Counted from the first letter of the stretch, positions 48,873 to 58,996 are shown. The stretch is 64,000 nucleotides of DNA from Alphaproteobacteria bacterium (GCA_965248835.1 CBDFLJ010000001.1:800001-864000); one strand, 5' to 3'. Numbers and translations: made by a program. The notes: generated by a model from the letters alone, not told the origin.

Positions 48873-49877
48873 TCAGCCTTCGTAGAGATCGCGGCCGGCA
48901 ACGACCGCGGAGATCTTCCCGTCGGCCATGTAGCGCGACAGGTTCCACAGCCCGCAGTCGGGGTGGACGTAACGGATACGCTCCGCACCGATCACGTCTG
49001 CGGCGCGCTCGATCCGTCGCGCGACAGTCTCTGCGGCCTCGATCTCGGTCGCCTTGACGTCGACCACGCCGAGTCCCATGCCGATCTCCGGACGCAGGTC
49101 GCGGAACACCTCAAGCTCCCCGTCGGGCCGGTGCGCATTCTCGCAGACCACGTGATCGGCGTGCAATGCGTTGAGATAGGCGATCAGCGGCTCCCAGTTC
49201 GCGCCCTTCTGGGAGACCTGGCCGCCGTAATTGCCGAAGCAGAGATGGACCGCGGGCGTCGTGGGGACCGCATCGAGCACGATGTTCATCACCCGGGCGG
49301 CCCATTCCCATTCCTGCGGTGCGCCGGGAAGGTTCGCCTCGTCGACCTGGACGATGTCCGCATCGAGCCGCGCGACCTGCTCGGCCAGCACATGGGCGAT
49401 CGCCTCGGCCAGCGCGATCCGGTCGCCGTAATGGGCATCGACCAGAGTCTTGGCCAGCATGTGCGGACCGGTCAGCGCGAACTTGAACGGCCTGGAGGCG
49501 AGCGCCTTGGCCCGCCGACAGGGCGCGGCGAGATCAAGGGTTCCGCTGGTGACCGGTCCCTCGGCGACCGCCGCCGGGCGGGTCCGGAAACCCATGGTCG
49601 GCTGGGACTCGAAGTCGACGATCTCGCCGAAGGTCATCGCCGCGCGCACCCCGCCCATCGGATGGACGAAGTACTCGATCATGCCGTTGGTCTGCGGATG
49701 GTCGGGGTCGTAGCGGGCGAACTCGCCCTCGCAGACGACATCGATCCCGGCCTTCTCCTGGAGGTGGATGACCATGCGCGTCGCGTCCTCGATCGCCTCG
49801 GCGGTCGGATGGGCGTGCAGCCAGTCAGGCCAGGGGTAGGAGCCGACCAGCGTGGTCTTTATCGTTGGAGCCGTCAT
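48873..49877 (-). CDS. Cobalamin-independent methionine synthase II-like (single-barrel MetE-fold) protein
   Basis: TTLVGSYPWPDWL, QEKAGIDVVCEGEF.R, VQVDE, VHLCFGNY, E, HPDCGL zinc ligands. Confidence 0.88.
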   Translation of the reverse strand: MTAPTIKTTLVGSYPWPDWLHAHPTAEAIEDATRMVIHLQEKAGIDVVCEGEFARYDPDHPQTNGMIEYFVHPMGGVRAAMTFGEIVDFESQPTMGFRTRPAAVAEGPVTSGTLDLAAPCRRAKALASRPFKFALTGPHMLAKTLVDAHYGDRIALAEAIAHVLAEQVARLDADIVQVDEANLPGAPQEWEWAARVMNIVLDAVPTTPAVHLCFGNYGGQVSQKGANWEPLIAYLNALHADHVVCENAHRPDGELEVFRDLRPEIGMGLGVVDVKATEIEAAETVARRIERAADVIGAERIRYVHPDCGLWNLSRYMADGKISAVVAGRDLYEG

Positions 49878-49963
49878 CTCGCCTGCCCGTGCGGGTCCGT
49901 TGGCCAAGCTTGCCAGACGGTGCGCGCTCGGCCAAGGTCCGGTCCATGCTAGCGGGGCCGCCC

Positions 49964-51562
49964 ATGAACAACGCGGATCTGATCGTCGCGACGCTGAAGG
50001 CAGCCGGGATCACCCACGGCTTCGGCATCCCCAGCGGCAACGTGCTGCCCTTCATCGAGGCGATGCGCGCCGGCGGGATGACCTTCGTGCTGACCGCGCA
50101 CGAGGGCAGCGCCGGGTTCGCCGCCGACGTGATGGGCCGCATGACGGGCCGGCCCGGGCTCGGGATCGCGACGCTTGGCCCGGGGGCGACCAACCTCGCC
50201 ACCGGGGTGGGCGATGCCTATCTCGACCGCTCGCCGATGATCGCCGTGACCTGCAACCTCAACCAGGACCAACTCGGCCGGCGCATCCAGATGCTGGTCG
50301 ATCATCACACGCTGTTCGGCCCGATCACCAAGGCGAGTCTTGCGCTCCGCCCCGGGCGGGTCGCCGAGACCACCGCGGCGGCGGTCCGGATCGCGCTGTC
50401 CGAGCCGCAGGGCCCGGTCCATCTCGACCTGCCCGAGGATGTCGCTCTGATGCAGGCGTGCGAGGCCGTGCCGGAAATCGGCGCCCCGTTGGCCGCGCCC
50501 AGCGCCGATCGAGCCGCGATCGGCGCGGCGGCCGCGCGGATCGCCGCCGCGCGGCGGCCGATCGCGGTGATCGGGACGACCGCGATGCGGCTCGCGGAAC
50601 CGGACCTGCTGCGCCGGCTGGTCGAGCATTACCGGCTGCCGTTCGCCACCACGACCATGGCCAAGGGGCTGATCGACGAGGACCATCCCCTGTCCATCGG
50701 CTGCATCGAGCGGGCTTGCCGCCAAGTCCAGCGCGCCTTCGTCGCGACGGCCGATCTGATCCTCGGCATCGGTTACGACCCGATCGAGGTCGAGTACGAG
50801 GCCTGGGCCGGGACCGTCCCGGTCGTCCATGTCGATCCCGAACCGGCCGACACCGACGGTACGGTGAGGATCGCCCACGAGGTGATCGGCGACCTCGCCG
50901 GCGCACTCGCCGGGCTGCTCGCCGCCCCGCCGACGGAGAACGAATGGACGGAGGACAGAGTCCGCGCCCATTGCGAGGGGTTCCAGGCCGCGCTGCGGCC
51001 GCAGGCGCCGGGCTTCGTGCCGCATCAGGCGATCGACGTGGTGCGCCGCGGCCTGCCGCCCGATGGCGTGCTTGCCTTCGACGTTGGTGCGCACACCCAC
51101 CAGATCGCCAGTCAGTGGGCGGCGCACGGCCCGCGCACCTTCCTGATCACCAACGGCTGGTCGTCGATGGGCTTCGGCTTGCCGGCGGCGATCGCGGCCA
51201 AGATCGCGGCGCCGGAACGGCCGGTGGTCTGCCTGATCGGCGACGGCTGCTTCCAGATGACCTGCGGCGAGGTCGCGACCGCCAAGCGCATGGGGCTGGC
51301 GCTGCCCATCGTGGTGCTCAACGACGGCTGGCTCGGCCTGATCAAGGTCAAGCAGATGCGCCGCCAGTATGCCCATGTCGGTACCGCGCTCGGCGAAGGG
51401 CCGCCGTCGACCCCGGAGCATTATTTCGGTGTCCCGGCGGTCGGCGTCCACACCCCCGAGGCGCTCGCCGCCGCACTTGCCGATGCGCTGGCAGCCTCCG
51501 GCCCGACGGTGATCGAGGCCTTCGTCTCGCCGGATCACTACGACGAGACGGTCTTCGACTGA
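49964..51562 (+). CDS. Thiamine pyrophosphate-binding protein (acetolactate synthase-like)
   Basis: FGIPSG, HEGSAGFAA, TLGPGATN, GPVHLDLP, SMGFGLPAAIAA, GDGCF...LND. Confidence 0.92.
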   Translation: MNNADLIVATLKAAGITHGFGIPSGNVLPFIEAMRAGGMTFVLTAHEGSAGFAADVMGRMTGRPGLGIATLGPGATNLATGVGDAYLDRSPMIAVTCNLNQDQLGRRIQMLVDHHTLFGPITKASLALRPGRVAETTAAAVRIALSEPQGPVHLDLPEDVALMQACEAVPEIGAPLAAPSADRAAIGAAAARIAAARRPIAVIGTTAMRLAEPDLLRRLVEHYRLPFATTTMAKGLIDEDHPLSIGCIERACRQVQRAFVATADLILGIGYDPIEVEYEAWAGTVPVVHVDPEPADTDGTVRIAHEVIGDLAGALAGLLAAPPTENEWTEDRVRAHCEGFQAALRPQAPGFVPHQAIDVVRRGLPPDGVLAFDVGAHTHQIASQWAAHGPRTFLITNGWSSMGFGLPAAIAAKIAAPERPVVCLIGDGCFQMTCGEVATAKRMGLALPIVVLNDGWLGLIKVKQMRRQYAHVGTALGEGPPSTPEHYFGVPAVGVHTPEALAAALADALAASGPTVIEAFVSPDHYDETVFD

Positions 51563-51577
51563 GTGCGCGAACCGGCG

Positions 51578-52063
51578 CTACGCGGCATCCCAGGGCAGAT
51601 TGGCGCCGTAGCCGTGGCTGAGCGTCTCGACATCCTCCGGGGCGTAGACGTGGCGCGGCGGCGACTCGAAGGTGGCGTAGGGCCTGATGCGGACGACCAC
51701 CCGGCCCTCCTCGGCGGCGAGCTTGCGCAATTCTGCGCGCTGCGGCTCGGGCATCTCCTGGCCGGCCATCAGCTCACAGATCCTGATCAGGAGCTCGCCG
51801 CCGCCGTCGTCTTCGATCACCGCATCGCCGTAGACCAGCAGATAGACCGGCGGCCAGTTCTCGTCGAGCACGCAGAGCGAGACCTTCGGGTTGCGCTTGA
51901 CCGCCTTCGCCTTGGCGCGGCCGATCATGGTCGAGACCAGGATGTCATCGCCGTCCATCACGTAGTAGCAGCACGACATCGACGGCCCGTCAGCCTTGCG
52001 CGCATAGCCGAAGACCGCCGTGCGGTGTTCACGCACGAATTCCCGCCGTGCGGCGCCGTTCAT
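51578..52063 (-). CDS. Pyridoxamine 5'-phosphate oxidase-like (PPOX class, possibly F420-binding) protein
   Basis: R.DGP.MS, RAKAKAVKRNPKVSLCV, EGRVVVRIRP; ATG at 52063 overlapping the upstream stop. Confidence 0.8.
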   Translation of the reverse strand: MNGAARREFVREHRTAVFGYARKADGPSMSCCYYVMDGDDILVSTMIGRAKAKAVKRNPKVSLCVLDENWPPVYLLVYGDAVIEDDGGGELLIRICELMAGQEMPEPQRAELRKLAAEEGRVVVRIRPYATFESPPRHVYAPEDVETLSHGYGANLPWDAA

Positions 52064-53115
52064 CCCGCTTCCTCCCCGATCCGTTCCTCGCGCCAGACGC
52101 CCAACGCCCGCTGCGCGGCCTGGTCCGAGACGCTGAACAACACCGCGTCGGTGTCTTCGGCAGCTTCGTGGCGATGGACATGCCAGCCCGGCACGACGAA
52201 GACATCGCGCTCGGCCCATTCCATCCTGGTGCCTTCGACCACCGTCGCGCCGCGCCCGGCCGCCGCGCAGTAGAGCACGCCGTCGCTCGCCCGGTAGTCG
52301 CGGCCCGCGAACCCGGCCGGCAGGAGCTGCAGGAACGCCGCCATCGTCGGGGTCGGATCGCCGCCGGTCGTCGGGTCGATGTAGCGCATCTTGTGGCCGT
52401 GGACGGGGTCGGGGCCACCGGCGCGGCGCAACGCCTCCAGGCTGGCGCGGGCCGACCGGCCGTCATAGTTGAGGACCGGGCACGCTTGGCCGTGCGCACC
52501 CTCGCCGAACGGGCGCAGGCCGCTGGCGTAGCGCGCTGCGGCGTCGCCGTCGGGGCGAACCGTCGGGTGCATCAGCCCAGGGTAGGTCTCGCGAAAAACG
52601 GTGTCCAGCGCATCGATCAGCGGCGTGTCGAGCACGTCCAGCCAGATCACCGGCTCTTCGCCGTCATTCCGGTGGTCGTGCCAAGTCCAGTGCGGCGTGA
52701 CCACGAAGTCGCCCGGCCGCATCGATGTCGGCTCGCCCTCGACGGTGGTCAGCGCACCGGTTCCTTCGATCACGAACCGGATCGCGGTCTGGCTGTGGCG
52801 ATGGCACGGCGCGATCTCGCCCGGCAGGACGAGCTGAAGCCCGGCATAGAGCGTTTGGGTCGCACGCATGGCACCGCCGAAGCCCGGATTGGCGAGCGCG
52901 AGCACCCGGCGGAAGGCGTCTTCGGCGGTGACCAGCCCGCCGGCCTCCATGATCACCGGGCGTATGTCCTGGAATGTCCACAGCGTCGGCTCTGCCGGAG
53001 ACCGCGGCCGGGACAGATCGATCCCGCGCCTTCCGACCCAGAGCGCCGCCAGATTGCGCGCAGCGATCCGGCCGTGGAAGGCGGCCTGCGGGTCGGGCTG
53101 CGGGACGCCGGACAT
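52060..53115 (-). CDS. Gentisate 1,2-dioxygenase-like bicupin
   Basis: RRVL.LANPG, TLYAGLQLVLPGE.APCHRHSQTAIRF, TPHWTWHDH, WLDVLDTPL, DVFVVPGW. Confidence 0.9.
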   Translation of the reverse strand: MSGVPQPDPQAAFHGRIAARNLAALWVGRRGIDLSRPRSPAEPTLWTFQDIRPVIMEAGGLVTAEDAFRRVLALANPGFGGAMRATQTLYAGLQLVLPGEIAPCHRHSQTAIRFVIEGTGALTTVEGEPTSMRPGDFVVTPHWTWHDHRNDGEEPVIWLDVLDTPLIDALDTVFRETYPGLMHPTVRPDGDAAARYASGLRPFGEGAHGQACPVLNYDGRSARASLEALRRAGGPDPVHGHKMRYIDPTTGGDPTPTMAAFLQLLPAGFAGRDYRASDGVLYCAAAGRGATVVEGTRMEWAERDVFVVPGWHVHRHEAAEDTDAVLFSVSDQAAQRALGVWREERIGEEAG

Positions 53116-53116
53116 G

Positions 53117-54361
53117 TCAGACCACCGCCGGCATAAGGCGCGGCCGCTGGATCCGGAAGATCAGCACGGCGATGATGATCACGTTGGCGAGGTTGAAGGC
53201 GACGCCGAGGAGGAACGCCGAGACATAGGACCCCGTCATGTCGAACAGCACGCCGCCGATCCAGCTTCCGAACCCCATGGCGAGCGCGCCGAACAGGAAG
53301 ACCAGCCCGGTCCTGCTGCCGGCCTCGCGAAACGGCATGTGCTCACGGATGGCGACCGCATAGACCGGGAAGATCCCGCCGTAACCGAGCCCGAACAGGG
53401 CGGCGATCCCGTAGAGGACATAGAGCCCGTCGAACATGGTGAACGCGGCAAGGGTCGCGGCCTGGGTTCCGGAGAAGACCAGCAAAGCCTCGAGCCCGCC
53501 GATATTGTCGGCCAGCAGCCCGACGAAGACAGAACGGCTGACGAAGGCCGACATCAGCAGGACCGAGAGCATCTCGACCGCGTTGTCGATCGGGTGCCCG
53601 AGGTCGGTGATATAGGACACCAGATGGCCGAGCGGCAACGCCATGGCCACGCAACAGCCGATGATCGCAACGCAAAGGATGACCTGCAGCCTTCGCGCGC
53701 TCATGGGCGGGATCGGTTCCGGCCGCATCGGGCCCGTCTCCGGCGTGCGAACGGCAACCGACGGCGGCGGCGGCCGGCGGCGCATGATCAGGCACAGCGG
53801 AAGCAGCGTGATCAGCGCGAAAATGCCATAGCCGAACGCGGTCTGACGCCAGCCATAGGCCTGCATGAAAAATCCGAATATCGGCGGCCACAGGATGCCG
53901 GCCAGGCTCTGTCCGCCGGCGACGATGCCCACGGCCATGCCGCGGCGGCGGATATACCAGCGGGTGATGTTGGCCATCGACGGTGCCGCCAGCGCCCCGG
54001 TGCCGACGAAGCCGAACATCACCCCGTAGATGAAATAGAAATGCCAGGCAGCGCTCGCCTCGCTCATCAGCACCGCCCCGGAGCTGATCATCACCGCCGC
54101 GACCAGGGCGGGCTTGCCCATGCCGATACGGTCGAGCAGCATCCCCATCATCATCCCGCCGAACCCGGAGCCGATGAACTGGAGCGAGAAGGCGAGCGAG
54201 GGGACCGCCCGCGGCCAGCCGAATTCCTCCGCGATCGGCTTGAGGGCGACCACGATCAGGAACATCGCACCGGAGCCGCACAGCAGCGTCAGCACCGAAG
54301 CTGTCAGTACATAGACCTGTCCGGCAGGCTCCTGCGCGCGGTCCGGGGTTCGGCTTGCCAT
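53117..54361 (-). CDS. MFS transporter
   Basis: About 12 TM; GMLLDRIG, WYIRRRGMAVG, GLLADNIG. Confidence 0.9.
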   Translation of the reverse strand: MASRTPDRAQEPAGQVYVLTASVLTLLCGSGAMFLIVVALKPIAEEFGWPRAVPSLAFSLQFIGSGFGGMMMGMLLDRIGMGKPALVAAVMISSGAVLMSEASAAWHFYFIYGVMFGFVGTGALAAPSMANITRWYIRRRGMAVGIVAGGQSLAGILWPPIFGFFMQAYGWRQTAFGYGIFALITLLPLCLIMRRRPPPPSVAVRTPETGPMRPEPIPPMSARRLQVILCVAIIGCCVAMALPLGHLVSYITDLGHPIDNAVEMLSVLLMSAFVSRSVFVGLLADNIGGLEALLVFSGTQAATLAAFTMFDGLYVLYGIAALFGLGYGGIFPVYAVAIREHMPFREAGSRTGLVFLFGALAMGFGSWIGGVLFDMTGSYVSAFLLGVAFNLANVIIIAVLIFRIQRPRLMPAVV

Positions 54362-54536
54362 GCCGCGAAACTAGACTATCGCGGGGCCGCCGGCCAACGT
54401 CGCACGCGCCAAGCACCGGGCGGAAGCTGCCGCGAAGCGTCAAAGCCGGTCTCGCGTCGATGGTGCCGGACATCGGTTTGGCCTACGATCCGGCCGCCGG
54501 TTCGGGCGAGCCGGCCAGGCGGACCGATCAACGGGG

Positions 54537-55598
54537 ATGCCGATGCAATTCGGTATGCAGTTCTTTCCGGACGTGAAGGAGGCAGAGAAACCGGCCGCGC
54601 AGTACTTCGCGGAATCGCTTGAGCTGGTCGGGATGTGCGATGCCTACGGCTACACCCATGTCCGGATCGTCGAGCACTATTTCCATCCCTGGGGCGGGCT
54701 AAGCCCCAACCCGATCGTCTTTCTGACTGCAGCGAGCCAGCGGACCGGAACCGCGCGGATGGTGACCGGCGCGGTCCTGCCGGTGTTCAACAACCCGCTC
54801 AAGCTCGCCGGGGAGATCGGCATGCTGGATGCGATCTCCGGCGGCCGGCTCGACGTCGGGTTCGCCCGCGCCTTCCTGCCATACGAGTACGCCAATTTCG
54901 GCATCGACATGGAAGAAAGCATCGATCGGTTCGAAGAGGGAGTGGCGCAGGTCCGCCGGTTGCTGGAAGAGGAGAACGTGACCGCGGACGGCCGCTTCCA
55001 CCGCTTCGCCAACGTCACCTCGCTGCCGCGGCCGACCCAGAAGCCGCGGCCGAACTTTTATATCGCCGCGGTGGGAACCCCGGAGTCCTTCGCCCGCGCC
55101 GGCCGGCTTGGCTATGGCGTGATGGCGATCCCCGGTGTCGGCTCGACCCCGTCCGAACTCGTCCAGATCTATCGCGAGGCCTGGGCGGAAGCCGGCCATC
55201 CCGGCAAACCCGTGGTGATGCTGGCCGTCTTCATGTTCTGTCACGAGGATCGGGAAGAAGCGATCCGCATCGCCAAGCCTCGGATCGAGCGGCACTTCGC
55301 CTCGATCGTCGATGCGACCTCGGGCTATGCCGCCGGCACGCCGGCCTCGACCTACAGGAACTACGACAGGATGCACAAGAAGATGGCGGCGGAGACCTTC
55401 GAGAGCCAGGTCGCGCACATGGCCGCCTTCGTCGGCACGCCGTCCGATCTGGTCGAGCAGTTCCGCGCCTTCGATGCGGCCATGGACGGCTGCGACCACG
55501 CCTCGCTTCAGGTCAATTTCAACGACATGTCCCTCGAGGACGCCGCCCGCTCGGTCCGCCTGTTCGGCGAGACCGTGATCCCGCGCTTCTCGGCGTAA
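54537..55598 (+). CDS. LLM class flavin-dependent oxidoreductase
   Basis: VEHYFH, NPLKLAGEIGMLDAISGGRLDVG, PRPTQKPRP, FVGTP, RLFGETVIP. Confidence 0.92.
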   Translation: MPMQFGMQFFPDVKEAEKPAAQYFAESLELVGMCDAYGYTHVRIVEHYFHPWGGLSPNPIVFLTAASQRTGTARMVTGAVLPVFNNPLKLAGEIGMLDAISGGRLDVGFARAFLPYEYANFGIDMEESIDRFEEGVAQVRRLLEEENVTADGRFHRFANVTSLPRPTQKPRPNFYIAAVGTPESFARAGRLGYGVMAIPGVGSTPSELVQIYREAWAEAGHPGKPVVMLAVFMFCHEDREEAIRIAKPRIERHFASIVDATSGYAAGTPASTYRNYDRMHKKMAAETFESQVAHMAAFVGTPSDLVEQFRAFDAAMDGCDHASLQVNFNDMSLEDAARSVRLFGETVIPRFSA

Positions 55599-55607
55599 TC
55601 GGCGGCA

Positions 55608-55985
55608 TCAGGGCAGCAGGGCGAGAATCCTTGCCTGCGCCTGCGAGCCGTCCTTGACCGGCAGCACGCCGACGACCACCGTCGCGCCGCGCGCCGGAAG
55701 CGCATCCAGGTTTGCCATGTTCTCGATCTGGTACTTGCCGGCCTTGAGCATGGCGACATGGAAGGCGAAATTCCTGGAGGCGCCGAAATCGAGGCTCAGC
55801 GTGTCGATACCGACGCCGACGATGTCGCGCAGCGCCAGTTCGTCGATCGCGGGCTTGCCTTGGATGAAATGCGAGGGCGCATCGACATGCGTACCGGTAT
55901 TCTCACCCATCTCGAACTTGTGCAGCCGATAGCCCTTGTCGTAATCGACCAGCCGGGTCTTGGTTAACGGCACGCCGCCCGGCCA
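55608..55985 (-). pseudogene. Cyclase (kynurenine formamidase-like) remnant lacking its N-terminus and central region
   Basis: WPGGVP...GENTGTHVDAPSHF...IDELALRDI joined directly to VGVGIDTLSLD...ENMANL..LP..G...AQARILA. Confidence 0.8.
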
Positions 55986-55998
55986 AAGCAGGCCGCGC

Positions 55999-57315
55999 TC
56001 AGCCGGCCATCAGGGCGGGCAGCCAGGTGACCGCGCCGGGAACGGCGATCAGGAAGGCGAGAATGCCGATCTCCAGCAGAACAAAGGGGGCCACCGCGGC
56101 ATAGATGTCGCGCATGGTGGTCTCGGCCGGCGCCACGCCGCGCATGACGAACAGCAGCATCCCGAAGGGCGGCGTGGTCTGGCCGATCTCCAGTGCGAGG
56201 AGCATCAGGACTCCGAACCAGATCAGGTTGATGTGGATCAACTCGGCCAGCGGGATGAAGAACGGCAAGGTGATCAGCATGATGCTCACCGGGTCCATGA
56301 AGCAGCCCATGATCAGCATCAGGAGCATCATCGCGACCAGGAGCGAGATCGGCGTTGGGTCGATCTGCTGCATCAGCGACAACAGCCCCGTGGTCGCGCC
56401 CGAGAACGACAGGATCTGCGAGAACGTCAGCGAGGCGGCGATGATGAAATAGATCATCACCGCGAGCTTTCCGGTCTCGACCATCGCGGTCCATAGGCCC
56501 TTCCAGCTCAGCGAGCCGTAGCATGCCGCGGCGAGCACGGCCCCGATGGCGCCCAGCGAGGCCGATTCTGTCGGTGTCGCAAAGCCGACCAGGATGGAGC
56601 CGACGACGACGACGAACAGGCTGAGCAGCGGCACCACATAGATCAGCACCGGGCGCACCCGCTCCCAGACGGTCATGGCCGGCATGTCGTAGCGCGGCGC
56701 GAGCGTCGGGTTCAAGGTGCAACGGGTCATCACGTAGGTGAAGTGGACGACGGCCATGATCAGGCCGGGGATCGCGCCGGCGATCAGGATGCCGGCGATC
56801 GAGATCCCCGACAGACTGCCGAGCAGCACCGCGAGGCTCGACGGCGGGATCAGCATGGCGATCCCACCGGTGCCGAGGATCGGCCCCATGGCCATCGAGC
56901 GGTGGTAACCGCGGCGCTGCATCTCGGGCATCAAAGTGGTGCCCAGCAGCGCCGTGTTCGCCATGCTCGAGCCCGACAGCGTCGAGAACACCGTACCGCC
57001 GGCGACCGCGACCAGAGACAAGCGGCCCGGCACGCGGGCGATCAGCTTGTCGATCGCATCGATCGCGCGGATCGCGACGCCGGTATGGAACAGGATCTCG
57101 CCCATCAGGATGAACATCGCCACCGGCGCGAGCGCGAAGCGCACCAGCCCGTCGACGACATTGCGTTCGAGCTGGATCAGCCCGGCCTCGCCGCCCAGGA
57201 AAGCGAGCGCGCCGATGACGTTGGCGGCCAAAAATGCGATCGCCACCGGAACGCCGAGGAACATCGGCACCATGACCATGCCGAGCAGGAAGAGCAGCGC
57301 CCAGTACCACTCCAT
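55999..57315 (-). CDS. dctM: TRAP transporter large permease
   Basis: MFILMGEIL, LSGSSMAN, LIPPS, ATPTESA, IGQTTPPFG. Confidence 0.93.
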   Translation of the reverse strand: MEWYWALLFLLGMVMVPMFLGVPVAIAFLAANVIGALAFLGGEAGLIQLERNVVDGLVRFALAPVAMFILMGEILFHTGVAIRAIDAIDKLIARVPGRLSLVAVAGGTVFSTLSGSSMANTALLGTTLMPEMQRRGYHRSMAMGPILGTGGIAMLIPPSSLAVLLGSLSGISIAGILIAGAIPGLIMAVVHFTYVMTRCTLNPTLAPRYDMPAMTVWERVRPVLIYVVPLLSLFVVVVGSILVGFATPTESASLGAIGAVLAAACYGSLSWKGLWTAMVETGKLAVMIYFIIAASLTFSQILSFSGATTGLLSLMQQIDPTPISLLVAMMLLMLIMGCFMDPVSIMLITLPFFIPLAELIHINLIWFGVLMLLALEIGQTTPPFGMLLFVMRGVAPAETTMRDIYAAVAPFVLLEIGILAFLIAVPGAVTWLPALMAG

Positions 57316-57318
57316 GGC

Positions 57319-57843
57319 TCAGAACGCCTCTGGCCGCTCGCCGCGCAAGGCGGGATCGCTGTCGTGCGGGTCGAAGGAGCGGACGAACTGGCGGACCGCC
57401 TCGATCAGAAACAGCGCCATGCCGCCGGGCACCACCGCCATCGGGATCCATTCCTTGATGTCGAAGGACTTGTAGAGCGTGGAATCCTCGACATAGGCGA
57501 GATGCGTGGTGATCACGCCGTAATAGAGGATGATTGCCGCAACCGCGATGACCACCAGGTTTATGGCGATGCGGAAATATCGGCGAACGCGGCCCGGCAA
57601 GGCGGAAAGCACGAGATCGACGGTGACGTGGCGCCCGATGCTGAGGATGTAGGCCGCACCGACCATCGTCAGGGTCAACAGACCGTACTCGACGGCTTCG
57701 AGCATCCAGTAAAAGCCGGTCAAACCGAGGTTCCGCGCGAACACCTCGGCGGCCACGCCGATCGCCAGGAGGGCCACGATCACGCCGGGCACCACGCCGG
57801 TCACCACGAGCAGCCGGTCAAACAACCCGTCGGGTTTCCACAT
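57319..57843 (-). CDS. dctQ: TRAP transporter small permease
   Basis: 4 TM, EVFAR, GAAY....RHVTVD. Confidence 0.9.
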   Translation of the reverse strand: MWKPDGLFDRLLVVTGVVPGVIVALLAIGVAAEVFARNLGLTGFYWMLEAVEYGLLTLTMVGAAYILSIGRHVTVDLVLSALPGRVRRYFRIAINLVVIAVAAIILYYGVITTHLAYVEDSTLYKSFDIKEWIPMAVVPGGMALFLIEAVRQFVRSFDPHDSDPALRGERPEAF

Positions 57844-57918
57844 GGGATCGCCCCGTCCCTATCCGAGGCCGCGCGGGCCCATCGGGGCCGCGCGGCCGAG
57901 GCGGCCCGATCGACGAGG

Positions 57919-58902
57919 CTAATTGCCGATCAGGGCCCGCAGCTTCTTGCCGATCACGGGATCGCGCTTTTCGACGACATCCCATTGGGCGGTGTAGGCG
58001 AGTTCGAGAAACTTCGCGGAGTCCGCATCGGACAGCTTGAGGAGCTTCATGCCCTTCTCGGTGACGAGCCGATTGCCGATCTCGCGGTCCTTCCTGCCCA
58101 GATCCGCGGACAGCTCGGTCTCCAGGTAGAGGCCCGCCTTGGTCAGCACGCCCTGTTGCTTGGCGTTCAGGGTCTTCCATTTGTTCATGTTGACCCCGAC
58201 GACGATGATCGGGTGGTAGAAGCCCGGCACGAGCTTGTATTTCGAGACATCGAACCAGCCTTGCGACATCACCTCGGAGTCCAGGTTGGCGTAGGCGTCG
58301 ACCGCGCCGCGCTCCATGGCGGTGAAGATCTCGCGCCGCGGCATGTTGAGGGTCCGCGCGCCGAGCGCATCGAAGAACGCCTTGTAGGTGTTCGAGGTGC
58401 GCATCTTGAGGCCCTTGAAGTCGGCCAGCGACCTGATCTCCTTGTTGCTGTAAATGTGGAAGACGATGTCCCCGCCATACATCGACAGCAGATGCATGTT
58501 GGCCTGCTTGGCGAACAGGTCCTTGAAGATGTCCCAGGCGCCGTTCTCGCGCATGACCGGCGCGGTCTTGGTCGTCGGCGTGAACCCGGTGGCGAGCTTG
58601 ACCAGATTGGCCATATACGCCGGGGGCGTGCCGGCAAGGTCGAGCAGCCCGCTCTTGACGGCGTTGCCCAACTGACGCGAGGGAATCGCTTCGCGGCCGA
58701 CGACCTGCGGAATTTGCACCAGACCCTTGCCGTCGGCGTTGACCTTGGCGACGAAACTGTCGAAGGCCTGGCGGGTCAAGGACTTCTTGTTGCTGATGAA
58801 ATAGCCCGCCTTGAGATTGACCTCTTCGGCGGCGGTGACGGTGGCGGTGGCGGCATAGACGGCCCCTGCCGCTATTGCTGTGACGATAAGCGAATGTCTC
58901 AT
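57919..58902 (-). CDS. dctP: TRAP transporter substrate-binding protein
   Basis: Signal peptide (ATG at 58902, RBS GAGG), DFKGLKMRT, EIFTAMERGAVDA. Confidence 0.92.
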   Translation of the reverse strand: MRHSLIVTAIAAGAVYAATATVTAAEEVNLKAGYFISNKKSLTRQAFDSFVAKVNADGKGLVQIPQVVGREAIPSRQLGNAVKSGLLDLAGTPPAYMANLVKLATGFTPTTKTAPVMRENGAWDIFKDLFAKQANMHLLSMYGGDIVFHIYSNKEIRSLADFKGLKMRTSNTYKAFFDALGARTLNMPRREIFTAMERGAVDAYANLDSEVMSQGWFDVSKYKLVPGFYHPIIVVGVNMNKWKTLNAKQQGVLTKAGLYLETELSADLGRKDREIGNRLVTEKGMKLLKLSDADSAKFLELAYTAQWDVVEKRDPVIGKKLRALIGN

Positions 58903-58996
58903 TCGGTCCTCTCTTGGGGTCGTCTTTCGATTCCTCGGTGGTCGAACGGTGTCCCACGCCTCGGGTGTTGTCAATCGACCGGTGAAAACCGAGGAA

